From Candidatus Caldarchaeum sp. (GTDB lineage: Archaea > Thermoproteota > Nitrososphaeria_A > Caldarchaeales > Caldarchaeaceae), in NCBI GenBank assembly GCA_038896555.1, contig JAWACZ010000004.1, forward strand, positions 4,792 through 68,791: a stretch of DNA of 64,000 nt. Reading direction: 5' to 3'. Below the pieces are notes generated by a model. The model worked only from the letters and a program-made list of their open reading frames with translations. It was not told the DNA's origin and did no database searches. Of this stretch, positions 27,232 to 36,188 are shown in pieces. The stretch's first letter is position 1, and each line of letters starts with the position of its first letter. Both the position numbers and the translations under genes were made by a program.

Positions 27232-27391
27232 CTACGGGCCCATGAAGAACAACAGTTTCCCATATATATGTTTGGCTGGAGGCCCGTAGTTTGACAACGT
27301 CTAGGAAGCAGGATGAAAACCATGCATTGCCTTCGGAATCGCTGTAAAGCGTTCGCCGCGCTATTGCCCGGCCTTCATCCGGTTTTCCCCG

Positions 27392-27415
27392 CTGTCCATT
27401 CTGCGCCACGGGCCC
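27392..27415 (-). repeat. orphan tRNA 5' fragment (positions 1-24) duplicating the 5' end of tRNA-Arg
   Basis: The minus-strand read GGGCCCGTGGCGCAGAATGGACAG matches the first 24 nt of tRNA-Arg(UCU) at 36003 (21/21 identical, then 1 mismatch) and 22/24 nt of the adjacent tRNA-Arg(CCG). No downstream tRNA body is present. Confidence 0.45.
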
Positions 27416-27519
27416 AACGCATAATTCGCACCGCCTTTTTAAATCCTTTAGCAGCATGTCCGCATCTACACACAAAAATACAAAAATGTAGTCAAAAATT
27501 TTTATCAAAGCTAATTGAT

Positions 27520-28083
27520 ATGTATAGCATGACACAGATGTTGGTAAAAGGCAAGTGGGCTACAAGGTTTATAACCGCAGCAATTATCCAAGGAGCTTTG
27601 GCTACAGCTGTGACGTTGTTCTGGGTTGTTGGCCAGCTCGGCTTAATGAAGCCTGAGTTCAGCAGGGTCATCGCTTTCGGCAGCGCTGGAAACTGGTTTA
27701 CTGTCGGCTACACAACCTACCTAATCGTTGGGGTTATGGGCGTGGCCGTCACCGCCCTCTTCTACTACCACATCGAAAACGTTCTCGGGAAGACGTACAC
27801 TGGGATAGCAAGTAAGCTTGCTGGGCTTCACCTAATTTTGATGAACGTAGGAGTGGTGGGCGCGACCTGGCTTATGATGGTGGGAGGCTACTTGGCCGGC
27901 GCGGCGATGCTGCCTCCAGAGGTTGGCGGCAGAGGCTGGAACGCAGGACAGGTTCACACAAACATCTTCTACGGAATACCGCTGGGATATCCGACTTGGA
28001 TAGCCTTGTTCATCTTCGTGCTTGCAGCCGGAGTTGTACTAGGCGGCTTGGGTTACTTGATAACCTGGCGCCGAAAAGATTAA
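27520..28083 (+). CDS. integral membrane protein (about 5 TM), unknown function
   Basis: Hydrophobic TM segments. Start trimmed from the ORF-track 27313 to ATG 27520, because the upstream portion overlaps the tRNA-fragment region and looks non-coding. Confidence 0.5.
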   Translation: MYSMTQMLVKGKWATRFITAAIIQGALATAVTLFWVVGQLGLMKPEFSRVIAFGSAGNWFTVGYTTYLIVGVMGVAVTALFYYHIENVLGKTYTGIASKLAGLHLILMNVGVVGATWLMMVGGYLAGAAMLPPEVGGRGWNAGQVHTNIFYGIPLGYPTWIALFIFVLAAGVVLGGLGYLITWRRKD

Positions 28084-28191
28084 ACACTCATTACTTTTTT
28101 CCTGTTGTCATCCTAGGTTATTACCTGGGAAACATCTTCGAACGAGTTTTGCGACAGGCTTTTTAACCATCGGTGGTCGCAGGCGCCGAGG

Positions 28192-28773
28192 ATGATGTTC
28201 GGACTGTTCCGGAAAAAACAGCCGCTGAAACCCCCCTTCGAAGAAAGGCTGACGGAGATAGTTACGAGGCTGATGACCATTCAGAACCGGATGGACGCTA
28301 AAGCCCGTGCCATGCAGATGAGGGGAAGGGAGCTTTTCAACCAGGTTGTTAAGGCAAAAATGGAGAAGGATAATGAGAGGGCTGCGGTCTACGCCAACGA
28401 GCTGGCCCAGCTTAGAAGAATGATGCATGCTACGGTCAGGAGCCAAGCTTCTTTGGAAGGCGTGGTGCTAAGGCTTGAGGCCGTCAAAGACTACAACGAG
28501 GTCAAGAAAGTCATAGGCCCTGTGGCGGCGGTGGTGATGGCCGTCCAAAAGGATGTCGGAGGCGTCATGCCTGAGATCTCGCACGGCCTCCGAGGAGTCC
28601 AAGACCTGTTGGACGACCTTTCAGTCAGCGTGGGCACCGTCTCTGACACTGTCACGGGTTACAGCGTCTCCGACCCGGAGGCGGAGGCGATTCTCAGAGA
28701 GGCTTCGGAGATAGCTGCGCAAAGGCTGAAAAAAGAGATGCCGGACATAGAGGGCGGGCAGTTCATAACATAA
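28192..28773 (+). CDS. ESCRT-III / Snf7-family protein (CdvB-like)
   Basis: N-terminal basic MFGLFRKK followed by coiled-coil helices whose pattern parallels Snf7/Vps2 (..KDNERAAVYANELAQLRRM..LEAVKDYNEVKKVIGPVAAVVMAVQKD..). Acidic C-terminus. Confidence 0.55.
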   Translation: MMFGLFRKKQPLKPPFEERLTEIVTRLMTIQNRMDAKARAMQMRGRELFNQVVKAKMEKDNERAAVYANELAQLRRMMHATVRSQASLEGVVLRLEAVKDYNEVKKVIGPVAAVVMAVQKDVGGVMPEISHGLRGVQDLLDDLSVSVGTVSDTVTGYSVSDPEAEAILREASEIAAQRLKKEMPDIEGGQFIT

Positions 28774-28803
28774 ATTAATAGGCTGTGAAGACTCAAGGAC
28801 GGC

Positions 28804-31755
28804 TTGACGAATAACGCCGACCAGCTGGTTGAGCTAGGGTTCAAGCTCGGAGGCAAAAACAGGATCAGCTCACCTAAACCATACGAAAGAAGATGGGCTT
28901 CCGAATGGCGTGTAGCTAAATTGTTTGAAGCCAAGCCAGACCCTTCGAAGCCCAAGTTCTTCATATGCGTCCCCTACTCATACCAAAACGGCCCTCTCCA
29001 CCTAGGGCATGGCTTCACCTTCACACGGGGAGACGTGATAGCTCGCTACAAAAGGATGCGAGGTTTCAACGTTCTCTTCCCGTGGGCTTGGCACTGGACT
29101 GGGGAGGCTGTGGCTGGCACGAGCGAGAGATTGCGCAGGGGGGATGAGTCGGTTAAAAGAATGCTTGTGGAGATGGATGGAGTACCTGAAGAGCTGCTGC
29201 ACCATTTCATGAACCCGGAATTCATCTGCGCATACTACACGGCGGAAAACAGACAGGTTGTCGACGTCATGGGCTGGTCCGTCGACTGGACGAGAGAGTT
29301 CTACACCACAAGCTTACATCCATACTACAGCAACTTCATCCGCTGGCAGTATGATGTTTTGAGAAGAAAAGGGCTTGTAGCGATGGGCCGTCATCCTGTG
29401 GTGTGGTGTCCACGCTGCCAAAGCGCCACAGGAGACCACGACAGGCTCAGAGGTGAGGGTATTTACCCAGAAGAGTTCACGCTTATCTACTTTGACGCGG
29501 ACGGGTTTAAGCTCGCTGCCGCAACGCTTAGGCCGGAGACAGTTTACGGCGTCACAAACATCTGGCTAAACCCTCACGCAACATACGTAGTCGTCGAAAA
29601 GGATGGCATCAGGTTTCTAATCAGTAAAGAAGCCGTAGCAAAGCTTTCTGAACAATGGGGGGACGTGAAGGTCGTCAAACCGATACATGCGAGAGAGCTT
29701 ATCGGCAAGGCCGCGACAGCCCCGCTCTCAGGTAGAAAAATTCCAATACTTCCGGCTCCGTTTGTCGACCCATCGATAGGCACCGGCGTAGTCTACAGCG
29801 TGCCAGCTCACGCTCCATACGACTACGTTGCTTTGAGAGACTTGGTTGAAAACTCCAGGCTTCTTACGGATTTCGGCTTAGATGAATCGCTGGCATCATC
29901 GATCAAACCAATCAAAGTTATCAGCGTTGAGGGTTTCGGAGATTTCCCTGCAGTTGAAATCGTGGAAAAACTCGGTATCAAAAGCCAGTCGGACGAAAGG
30001 CTTGAAGACGCAACGAGGGAGATATACTCGCGGGAATTCCACTCGGGAGTCATGGTCGTCGACGAGTTGAAAGGGCTCAGCGTCTCCGTAGCTAGGAAGG
30101 TTGTGCAGGACAGGCTGGTGAAAAACAACTACGGCAGCATCTTCTACGACCTTGCTGGAAAAGTCGTCTGCAGGTCTGGGGACGAATGCGTGGTGAAGAT
30201 CGTTGAAGACCAGTGGTTTCTAACTTTCTCAGACGCCGAATGGAAGGAAAAGGTGAGAAGCCTTGTAAACAGCATGAACATTTACCCGGAGGCGGCGAGG
30301 ACATGGTTCCTCAACGTTGTCGACTGGCTGAAAGACTGGGCCTGCACTCGCAAAACAGGGCTTGGAACGAACCTTCCATGGGACCCGTCTTGGAAGATAG
30401 AAACGCTCAGCGACTCAACGATCTATCCAGCGCTCTACACGGTCAGCGGAATTCTGAACAAGCATTTGGAAACTGCCGCACGCCTGCCGCCTGAGGTTTT
30501 CGACTACGTCTGCCTCGGGCTCGGCGACCCGAAAAAGATCGCCGCCGGAGAAAAGATCGACGTAACGCTTCTGGAGTCAATGCGCATGGAATACCTCTAC
30601 TGGTATGGCGTAGACTTGCGTGTTTCAGCTAAGGACCTCGTCCCCAACCACCTGACATTCTACCTCTTCCACCACACAGGCATTTTTGAGCCTCGGCACT
30701 GGCCTCGTGGAATAAGCGTCAACGGAATGATATCGATAGAAGGGCAGAAAATGTCGAAGAGTAAGGGTAACTTCATATCGTTGAAGACCGCTGTCCAGAA
30801 GCATGGAGCCGACGCGACAAGAATTGCTCTGATGCTGAGCGCCGAGGACCTCGACGACCCGGACTGGCGAACCAAAAACGCCGAGGAAGCAGAACAGTTC
30901 ATCCAAAACTTTCTAAACATAGTTCAAAAGGTTTCAGGAGAGGGTGACAGTTCGGAAGGCCCTGCGGACAGATGGCTGCTTGCCTCTCTGAAAATTTCTA
31001 TCAAGACAGTCACGGATGCTCTTGAAAAGGTGAAAACCCGCACGGCTTGCAATGAGGTTGTCTACGGGATGCTCAACGCTTGGAGATGGTGGGCGAGACG
31101 TAACAACGGAAAGATAACACGTGCGGGGAAGCAGTTTGTTGAGCAGTGGACTTTATTGCTCGCGCCGTTCGCCCCTTTCGCAGCGGAAGAATCTTGGAAA
31201 ACGCTGGGAAAAAACGGGTTCGCCTCCGTTCAGAAGTGGCCGGAAACGCAGCTGTCGATAGACGATGTTTTACCGCTTGTCTACGAGGACGTGGTCAAAG
31301 AAATTTTGTCCGATGTTAGAGAGGTTCTCGGAGTGGTGCGCGGTAAGCCTAAGCGCATCAAGCTATTTACCGCCAGTGAGTGGAAAACATCTCTGGCGAA
31401 AAACCTTCTCAAGTCTTCGCTGTATGAGGCGCTGTCTTGGCTCTCCAAAACTCATCCCGATAAGGCGAAGACAGCGCAGAAAATAGCGCCGAAAATATCT
31501 GAGGTCCTTAGAGGCTGGGAGGAAAAAAGCAGAAAATACCCCGGAGTAATGGAGCTTGGCGACGTTAAAAGCTTAGTGGAGAAAATATTGCCCGCCGACA
31601 GAACTTTAACCCATGAGGCGGCAGCCCTGATAGAGCAAGAGACGAGAATACCGGTGACTGTTTTAGACGAGCAGGAGGCTGTTCAAGGAATGGAGGCCTC
31701 AAAAGCATCTAACGCCACACCGTTAAAGCCAGCAATATACGTTGAAACGGAATGA
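28804..31755 (+). CDS. leuS: leucyl-tRNA synthetase (archaeal type)
   Basis: HLGH (HIGH-class) and KMSKS motifs, CP1 editing domain; 983 aa. Confidence 0.95.
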   Translation: MTNNADQLVELGFKLGGKNRISSPKPYERRWASEWRVAKLFEAKPDPSKPKFFICVPYSYQNGPLHLGHGFTFTRGDVIARYKRMRGFNVLFPWAWHWTGEAVAGTSERLRRGDESVKRMLVEMDGVPEELLHHFMNPEFICAYYTAENRQVVDVMGWSVDWTREFYTTSLHPYYSNFIRWQYDVLRRKGLVAMGRHPVVWCPRCQSATGDHDRLRGEGIYPEEFTLIYFDADGFKLAAATLRPETVYGVTNIWLNPHATYVVVEKDGIRFLISKEAVAKLSEQWGDVKVVKPIHARELIGKAATAPLSGRKIPILPAPFVDPSIGTGVVYSVPAHAPYDYVALRDLVENSRLLTDFGLDESLASSIKPIKVISVEGFGDFPAVEIVEKLGIKSQSDERLEDATREIYSREFHSGVMVVDELKGLSVSVARKVVQDRLVKNNYGSIFYDLAGKVVCRSGDECVVKIVEDQWFLTFSDAEWKEKVRSLVNSMNIYPEAARTWFLNVVDWLKDWACTRKTGLGTNLPWDPSWKIETLSDSTIYPALYTVSGILNKHLETAARLPPEVFDYVCLGLGDPKKIAAGEKIDVTLLESMRMEYLYWYGVDLRVSAKDLVPNHLTFYLFHHTGIFEPRHWPRGISVNGMISIEGQKMSKSKGNFISLKTAVQKHGADATRIALMLSAEDLDDPDWRTKNAEEAEQFIQNFLNIVQKVSGEGDSSEGPADRWLLASLKISIKTVTDALEKVKTRTACNEVVYGMLNAWRWWARRNNGKITRAGKQFVEQWTLLLAPFAPFAAEESWKTLGKNGFASVQKWPETQLSIDDVLPLVYEDVVKEILSDVREVLGVVRGKPKRIKLFTASEWKTSLAKNLLKSSLYEALSWLSKTHPDKAKTAQKIAPKISEVLRGWEEKSRKYPGVMELGDVKSLVEKILPADRTLTHEAAALIEQETRIPVTVLDEQEAVQGMEASKASNATPLKPAIYVETE

Positions 31756-32108
31756 ATGACTCGAAGATACTCTTCATAATAGTTTCGGGCCCCGACGAGG
31801 TCGAAAAAGCACGCCAAGGGCTTAGGATAGCGAGAAACATCGCACGCGAAAAACTTGCGAAAGAGGTTAGAGTTCTGTTCTTGGGGCCTGGAATCTACTT
31901 GCTCGACCCGTCAAACAAACACTATAAGCTTGTCAGCGATTACCTGACGGCTTTGAAGGAGAGCGGTGTTCACGTTGCGGCTTGTGCGGGAAACCTGAAG
32001 GCCTACGGTCTTGAGGAGAAGTTTGACAAAAAGCTTGTAGTCGCGGACGACTCTGCTGCTGTTGTGGCTGAGGCAGCGTCGATGGGTTTTATCACAGCAA
32101 CGTTCTAG
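31752..32108 (+). CDS. DsrE/DsrF-like family protein
   Basis: DsrE fold pattern with conserved Cys (VHVAACAG). 4-nt start/stop overlap with leuS. Confidence 0.55.
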   Translation: MNDSKILFIIVSGPDEVEKARQGLRIARNIAREKLAKEVRVLFLGPGIYLLDPSNKHYKLVSDYLTALKESGVHVAACAGNLKAYGLEEKFDKKLVVADDSAAVVAEAASMGFITATF

Positions 32109-32147
32109 GAAAACGTTTAATAGCACTAACCTAGCAATACGTCGCGC

Positions 32148-33194
32148 ATGGTGTCGGCTAAAACTTTCGCGACAGCAGCCGTCTTCCTAGTTATCGGACT
32201 AGTCGTCGGGATTTTCATAAGCCCAGTGGTGATGCCAGCCCCTAAGCCACAGATAGTCTCAATAAAATTCGTCCTAGACTGGGCTATCCAAGGGCCTCAG
32301 GCCCCTTTCATCGTCGCTCTTGAGAAGGGATATTTTGCTGATGAAGGGCTTGCGGTGACAGTCGATAGAGGCTACGGTTCGGCGGACGCCATCACTAAAG
32401 TCGCATCCGGAGTATATCAGATGGGGTATGGAAGCCTCGACGCCTTAATCGAGTTCAACGTGAAGAACCCCGGCAAAGAGCTGATGGCCGTCTATGTGGT
32501 TCTCAACAAACCGCCCTACTCGGTGATAACCCTGAAGAACAAAGGCATAAATTCGGTGAAAGACCTTGAGGGCAAGAAGATAGGAGCACCTGAAGGTGAC
32601 GCACCGCGAAGGCTTTTCCCCGTACTAGCCAGAGCCACTGGTGTAGACCAGTCGAAGATACAGTGGGTCAGCATGTCGCCTCCGTTGAGAGAGCCGTCCC
32701 TCGTCCAAGGGGAGGTTGACGCCATAACCGGTTTCTACTTCACGGCCTATCTCAACCTAGTGGCGCTGAAGGTTGATCCCTCGCAGATAGTGGCCTTCAA
32801 GTACACCGACTTCGGAGTTGAGCTTTACGGCAACGCTATAATAGTGAGAAAAGATTTCATGCAGTCGAACCCTGACGCTGTCGCTCGGTTTGTCAGAGCC
32901 GTAAACAAGGCGTTGAAAGAAGTTATAAATGACCCGTCGAAGGCCGCGGACTATGTTAAGCTGAGAGACCCGCTTGTCGACCGTGACGTGGAATATCAGA
33001 GGTTACAGCTGGCTTTGAAGGACAACATATTGACGGAAGAGGTGAGGCGTAACGGCTTGGGAGCCGTGGACCGGGCTAGGCTTGAGAAGACGATAGAAGC
33101 TGTCGTAACCGCCTTCGGACTGTCGAGAAAGCCCGCTCCCGACGAAATCTTCACAGACCGCTTCCTGCCACCCAAGGAGGAGAGAACAATCTAA
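32148..33194 (+). CDS. ABC transporter substrate-binding protein, NMT1/THI5-like (nitrate/sulfonate/HMP family)
   Basis: N-terminal signal/TM anchor followed by a periplasmic-binding-protein type 2 fold typical of SsuA/ThiY-like proteins. Confidence 0.75.
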   Translation: MVSAKTFATAAVFLVIGLVVGIFISPVVMPAPKPQIVSIKFVLDWAIQGPQAPFIVALEKGYFADEGLAVTVDRGYGSADAITKVASGVYQMGYGSLDALIEFNVKNPGKELMAVYVVLNKPPYSVITLKNKGINSVKDLEGKKIGAPEGDAPRRLFPVLARATGVDQSKIQWVSMSPPLREPSLVQGEVDAITGFYFTAYLNLVALKVDPSQIVAFKYTDFGVELYGNAIIVRKDFMQSNPDAVARFVRAVNKALKEVINDPSKAADYVKLRDPLVDRDVEYQRLQLALKDNILTEEVRRNGLGAVDRARLEKTIEAVVTAFGLSRKPAPDEIFTDRFLPPKEERTI

Positions 33195-33224
33195 AAACAC
33201 CCTTTTTTTATAATCGGTGCCGGG

Positions 33225-34010
33225 TTGATAGAATTAAAGAATGTAAGCCTAGAATACGTCTCCAAGTCAGGTTTCCGAACAATATCAACAATAAAAGCGC
33301 TTGAAAACGTCAACCTAGCAGTTGACAGAGGAAGCTTCACGTCTATTGTGGGGCCGAGCGGCTGCGGCAAAACAACTATCCTCAAAATTATATCAGGGCT
33401 CTTACCGCCAACCGGAGGTGAGGTGTGTGTCAACGGCAGGGTTGTCGACAAGCCTCTTTCGATTGTGGGCATGGCTTTCCAAAACCCAGTCCTGCTGCCG
33501 TGGCGAACGGTGCTGCAGAACATCCTGCTGCCATTAGAGGTCGTTGAGCCACACAAATCCCAGTTCGCCGTCAGAAGAAGGGAATATGTCGAGAAAGCTC
33601 TGAACTTGCTCAAAACCGTTGGGCTTGAAGGGTTCGCGGACAAGAAACCATGGGAGCTTTCGGGAGGGATGCAGCAGCGTGTTTCTCTGTGCAGAGCCTT
33701 GATACACGACCCGGCTATACTGCTTCTCGACGAACCGTTCGGCGCGCTAGACCTGTTCACCAGGGAAGAGCTTTGGAACGTTCTACAAAACCTGTGGCTG
33801 AGAACACGCTGCACTGTAGTAATGGTTACGCACGACCTCAAAGAAGCGCTGTATCTATCCGACAAAGTCTACGTCATGAGTAAAAGGCCCGGCAGGGTTA
33901 TCGACGTGATGGTCTCAGACTATCCCAGGCCGAGAGAAATAGAGATAACCTATGACGAGAAGTTCGTTCGTCAGATGCAGAGGCTCCATGAGCTGATAAG
34001 GGTGAAATAA
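33225..34010 (+). CDS. ABC transporter ATP-binding protein (SsuB/TauB/ThiZ type)
   Basis: Walker A GPSGCGKTT, signature LSGGMQQR, Walker B ILLLDEPFGALD. Confidence 0.9.
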   Translation: MIELKNVSLEYVSKSGFRTISTIKALENVNLAVDRGSFTSIVGPSGCGKTTILKIISGLLPPTGGEVCVNGRVVDKPLSIVGMAFQNPVLLPWRTVLQNILLPLEVVEPHKSQFAVRRREYVEKALNLLKTVGLEGFADKKPWELSGGMQQRVSLCRALIHDPAILLLDEPFGALDLFTREELWNVLQNLWLRTRCTVVMVTHDLKEALYLSDKVYVMSKRPGRVIDVMVSDYPRPREIEITYDEKFVRQMQRLHELIRVK

Positions 34011-34790
34011 ATGGCGAAACAACCTGTCTCCCAGCTCGTTGTCTCAGCCCTGAAGGAGTACGGCCTGCCAGTCCTAGTGTTCATAGCGTTTTTCGCGGCA
34101 TGGGAGGCTGCCGTAGAAATATTTGACATCCCCGAGTTTGTTCTGCCATCTCCCTCGAAAATATTGCTGTCTATGCGGCAAACCTTCAACATCATTCTCA
34201 TGCATTCCTATGCCACGCTCGAATCCACGCTCATCGGCTTCGCCATGTCAATAGTCTTCGGGCTGGGTTTAGGCCTAGCCGTCGGATACTCAGCAATCAT
34301 ATACAGGGCTGTCTACCCTCTTCTAGTCGCGTTCAACACCATCCCCAAAGTCGCCATAGTGCCAATCCTAGTAATCTGGTTCGGCGTAGGAAAAGTACCA
34401 GCAATACTCACAGCCTTCCTCATCTCCTTCTTCCCCATAGTTGTAAACGTGGCCATAGCCCTCGCCACGATAGAACCAGAGATTAAAGACGTCCTCAGGT
34501 CACTGGGCGCAGGGAAGCGCGCAATATTCATAAAGATAGGCCTGCCCAGGTCGATGCCCTATTTCTTCGGCTCTCTTAAAGTGGCTTCAACCCTCGCGTT
34601 CGTCGGAGCCGTCATATCGGAAACGGTCGCAAGCAACGAGGGAACAGGCTATCTGATGATAGCTGCGAGCTCGAGGTTTGACGTCCCGCTTGTCTTCGCC
34701 GGACTTCTGGTGATATCGTTTCTGGGCATAAGCCTGTTCCTTGTCTTTGCCCTGCTCGAGAAGAAACTCGTGAGCTGGGCTTACAGATAA
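34011..34790 (+). CDS. ABC transporter permease (SsuC/TauC/ThiX type)
   Basis: 6 TM helices with EAA-like loop; adjacent to the ATPase with a 0-bp gap. Confidence 0.85.
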   Translation: MAKQPVSQLVVSALKEYGLPVLVFIAFFAAWEAAVEIFDIPEFVLPSPSKILLSMRQTFNIILMHSYATLESTLIGFAMSIVFGLGLGLAVGYSAIIYRAVYPLLVAFNTIPKVAIVPILVIWFGVGKVPAILTAFLISFFPIVVNVAIALATIEPEIKDVLRSLGAGKRAIFIKIGLPRSMPYFFGSLKVASTLAFVGAVISETVASNEGTGYLMIAASSRFDVPLVFAGLLVISFLGISLFLVFALLEKKLVSWAYR

Positions 34791-34823
34791 AGCTAATGAC
34801 CAGCTCGCATTTCTTATTTCTGG

Positions 34824-35942
34824 ATGAAAGCTCAGAGGGCCTGCCAGGTCTGCGGCAGCATTGGAATAGTGTCGAAAACGATTGGCGTATGTCTAGGCTG
34901 TTTGAGGGAAAGGCCCGACAAAGCGGTTGCCGTAGCTGAGATGGGTCACGCCTACTCGCGGAAACTCTTCAACCTCCCGGTCAAACCGCCAAAAACAGCC
35001 GGCGGCATCCCCTGCAAGCTCTGCGCGGCGGAGTGCGTCATGGGCGACGGGGAGATGGGCTACTGTGGAATACGTGGAAACAGGAAAGGCCGGATGTTTT
35101 GTTTGACGCCGGCCGATTCAGGCCTTCTCCACTACTACCTCGACCCCCACATAACCAACTGCTGCAACGCCTACTTCTGCCCAGCAGCAACAGGATGCGG
35201 ATACCCAAGATACGCTTACAGACGAGGGGCGGAAACAGGATACTACAATCTCGCGCTGTTTTTCTACGGCTGCAGCCTAAACTGCCTCTTCTGCCAGAAC
35301 TGGAGCCACAAGAGGTTGGCGGAAGCACCTACAGTGGACGCTCAAGAGCTCGTAAACGTGACTCTCAGCAATCAGTTGATATCCTGCTGGTGTTGGTTCG
35401 GCGGATCAGCAGAGCCTCAGCTGCCTCTCGCAATAAAAGCATCGAGGCTTATCGCCGAGTCTAAACCCTCCGACAGGATTGTGAGAATATGCTATGAGTG
35501 GAACGGCGACGGCGATCCCGCACTTGTCAAACGTGCCTTGGAAACAGTTGTCGAGACGGGGGGAAACGTGAAATTCGATTTGAAGGCCTTCAACCCAGCG
35601 GTTCACAAAGCGTTAACTGGTATGGACAACGGCCGAATCCTTCAGAATTTTGAGATGGCTTACAGGCTGTTCTACGACAGTAGAAGCGATTGTCCAGTAC
35701 TCGCCGCTACAACGCTGCTTGTCCCAGGATACGTAGACGCGGAGGAAGTGGAGCGCATAGCCGAGTTCATAGCCGGCTTGGACGACAGGATACCATACAG
35801 CCTTCTAGTTTTCCATCCAGACTTCATGATGAACGACATGCCGATAACGCCGTTCAAGCAGGTTGCAGAATGTCACAGAGCAGCTTTGAAACACCTCAAG
35901 AAAGTTCACCTGGGAAACCTGCATCTTCTCCAAAAGATGTAA
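34824..35942 (+). CDS. radical SAM enzyme of the PFL-activase/AmrS-like type with Cys-rich ~150-aa N-terminal extension
   Basis: CSLNCLFCQNW (Cx3Cx2C) at about residue 150. Upstream lie a Zn-ribbon (CQVCG...CLGC) and a second Cys cluster (CKLCAAEC...C). Confidence 0.7.
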   Translation: MKAQRACQVCGSIGIVSKTIGVCLGCLRERPDKAVAVAEMGHAYSRKLFNLPVKPPKTAGGIPCKLCAAECVMGDGEMGYCGIRGNRKGRMFCLTPADSGLLHYYLDPHITNCCNAYFCPAATGCGYPRYAYRRGAETGYYNLALFFYGCSLNCLFCQNWSHKRLAEAPTVDAQELVNVTLSNQLISCWCWFGGSAEPQLPLAIKASRLIAESKPSDRIVRICYEWNGDGDPALVKRALETVVETGGNVKFDLKAFNPAVHKALTGMDNGRILQNFEMAYRLFYDSRSDCPVLAATTLLVPGYVDAEEVERIAEFIAGLDDRIPYSLLVFHPDFMMNDMPITPFKQVAECHRAALKHLKKVHLGNLHLLQKM

Positions 35943-36002
35943 CGGAGCGTTGAAACAAACCTCAAATACTCCACGTCAAAATTTTCCAGCGAGCAGACAG
36001 CT

Positions 36003-36107
36003 GGGCCCGTGGCGCAGAATGGATAGCGCACCGGCCTTCTAAGTCGGGGGTCGTGAGCAAAGGGCTTGAAAGCCTTTGCCGATAGGGTTCAAGTCCCACC
36101 GGGCCCG
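36003..36107 (+). tRNA. tRNA-Arg (anticodon UCU) with ~30-nt intron inside the T-stem (non-canonical position about 50-52)
   Basis: Acceptor GGGCCCG/CGGGCCC, D-arm GCGC..GCGC, anticodon stem-loop CCGGC-CTTCTAA-GTCGG. The T-stem GTG|GG pairs with CCCAC only after removing AGCAAAGGGCTTGAAAGCCTTTGCCGATAG. Mature length would be 75 nt. Confidence 0.65.
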
Positions 36108-36113
36108 TGAAAA

Positions 36114-36188
36114 GCCCTGGTAGCTCAGCCCGGTTAGAGCGGCCGCCTCGTAAGCGGCAGGTCGAGGGTTCAAAGCCCTCCCAGGGCT
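36114..36188 (+). tRNA. tRNA-Thr (anticodon CGU), no intron
   Basis: Acceptor GCCCTGG/CCAGGGC, anticodon stem-loop GCCGC-CTCGTAA-GCGGC, T-arm GAGGG-TTCAAAG-CCCTC. Starts 6 nt after tRNA-Arg(UCU). Confidence 0.85.

Noticed and set aside
27313-27519. N-terminal 69-codon extension of the membrane-protein ORF
   Set aside because: It overlaps the tRNA-fragment region and reads as non-protein-like (His/Cys/Pro-rich). The hydrophobic protein plausibly starts at ATG 27520.
35033-35464. Two overlapping ORFs (143 aa plus, 96 aa minus) inside the radical SAM gene
   Set aside because: They lie within a gene with a clear radical SAM motif in another frame. Their proline/arginine-rich composition is typical of out-of-frame translation.
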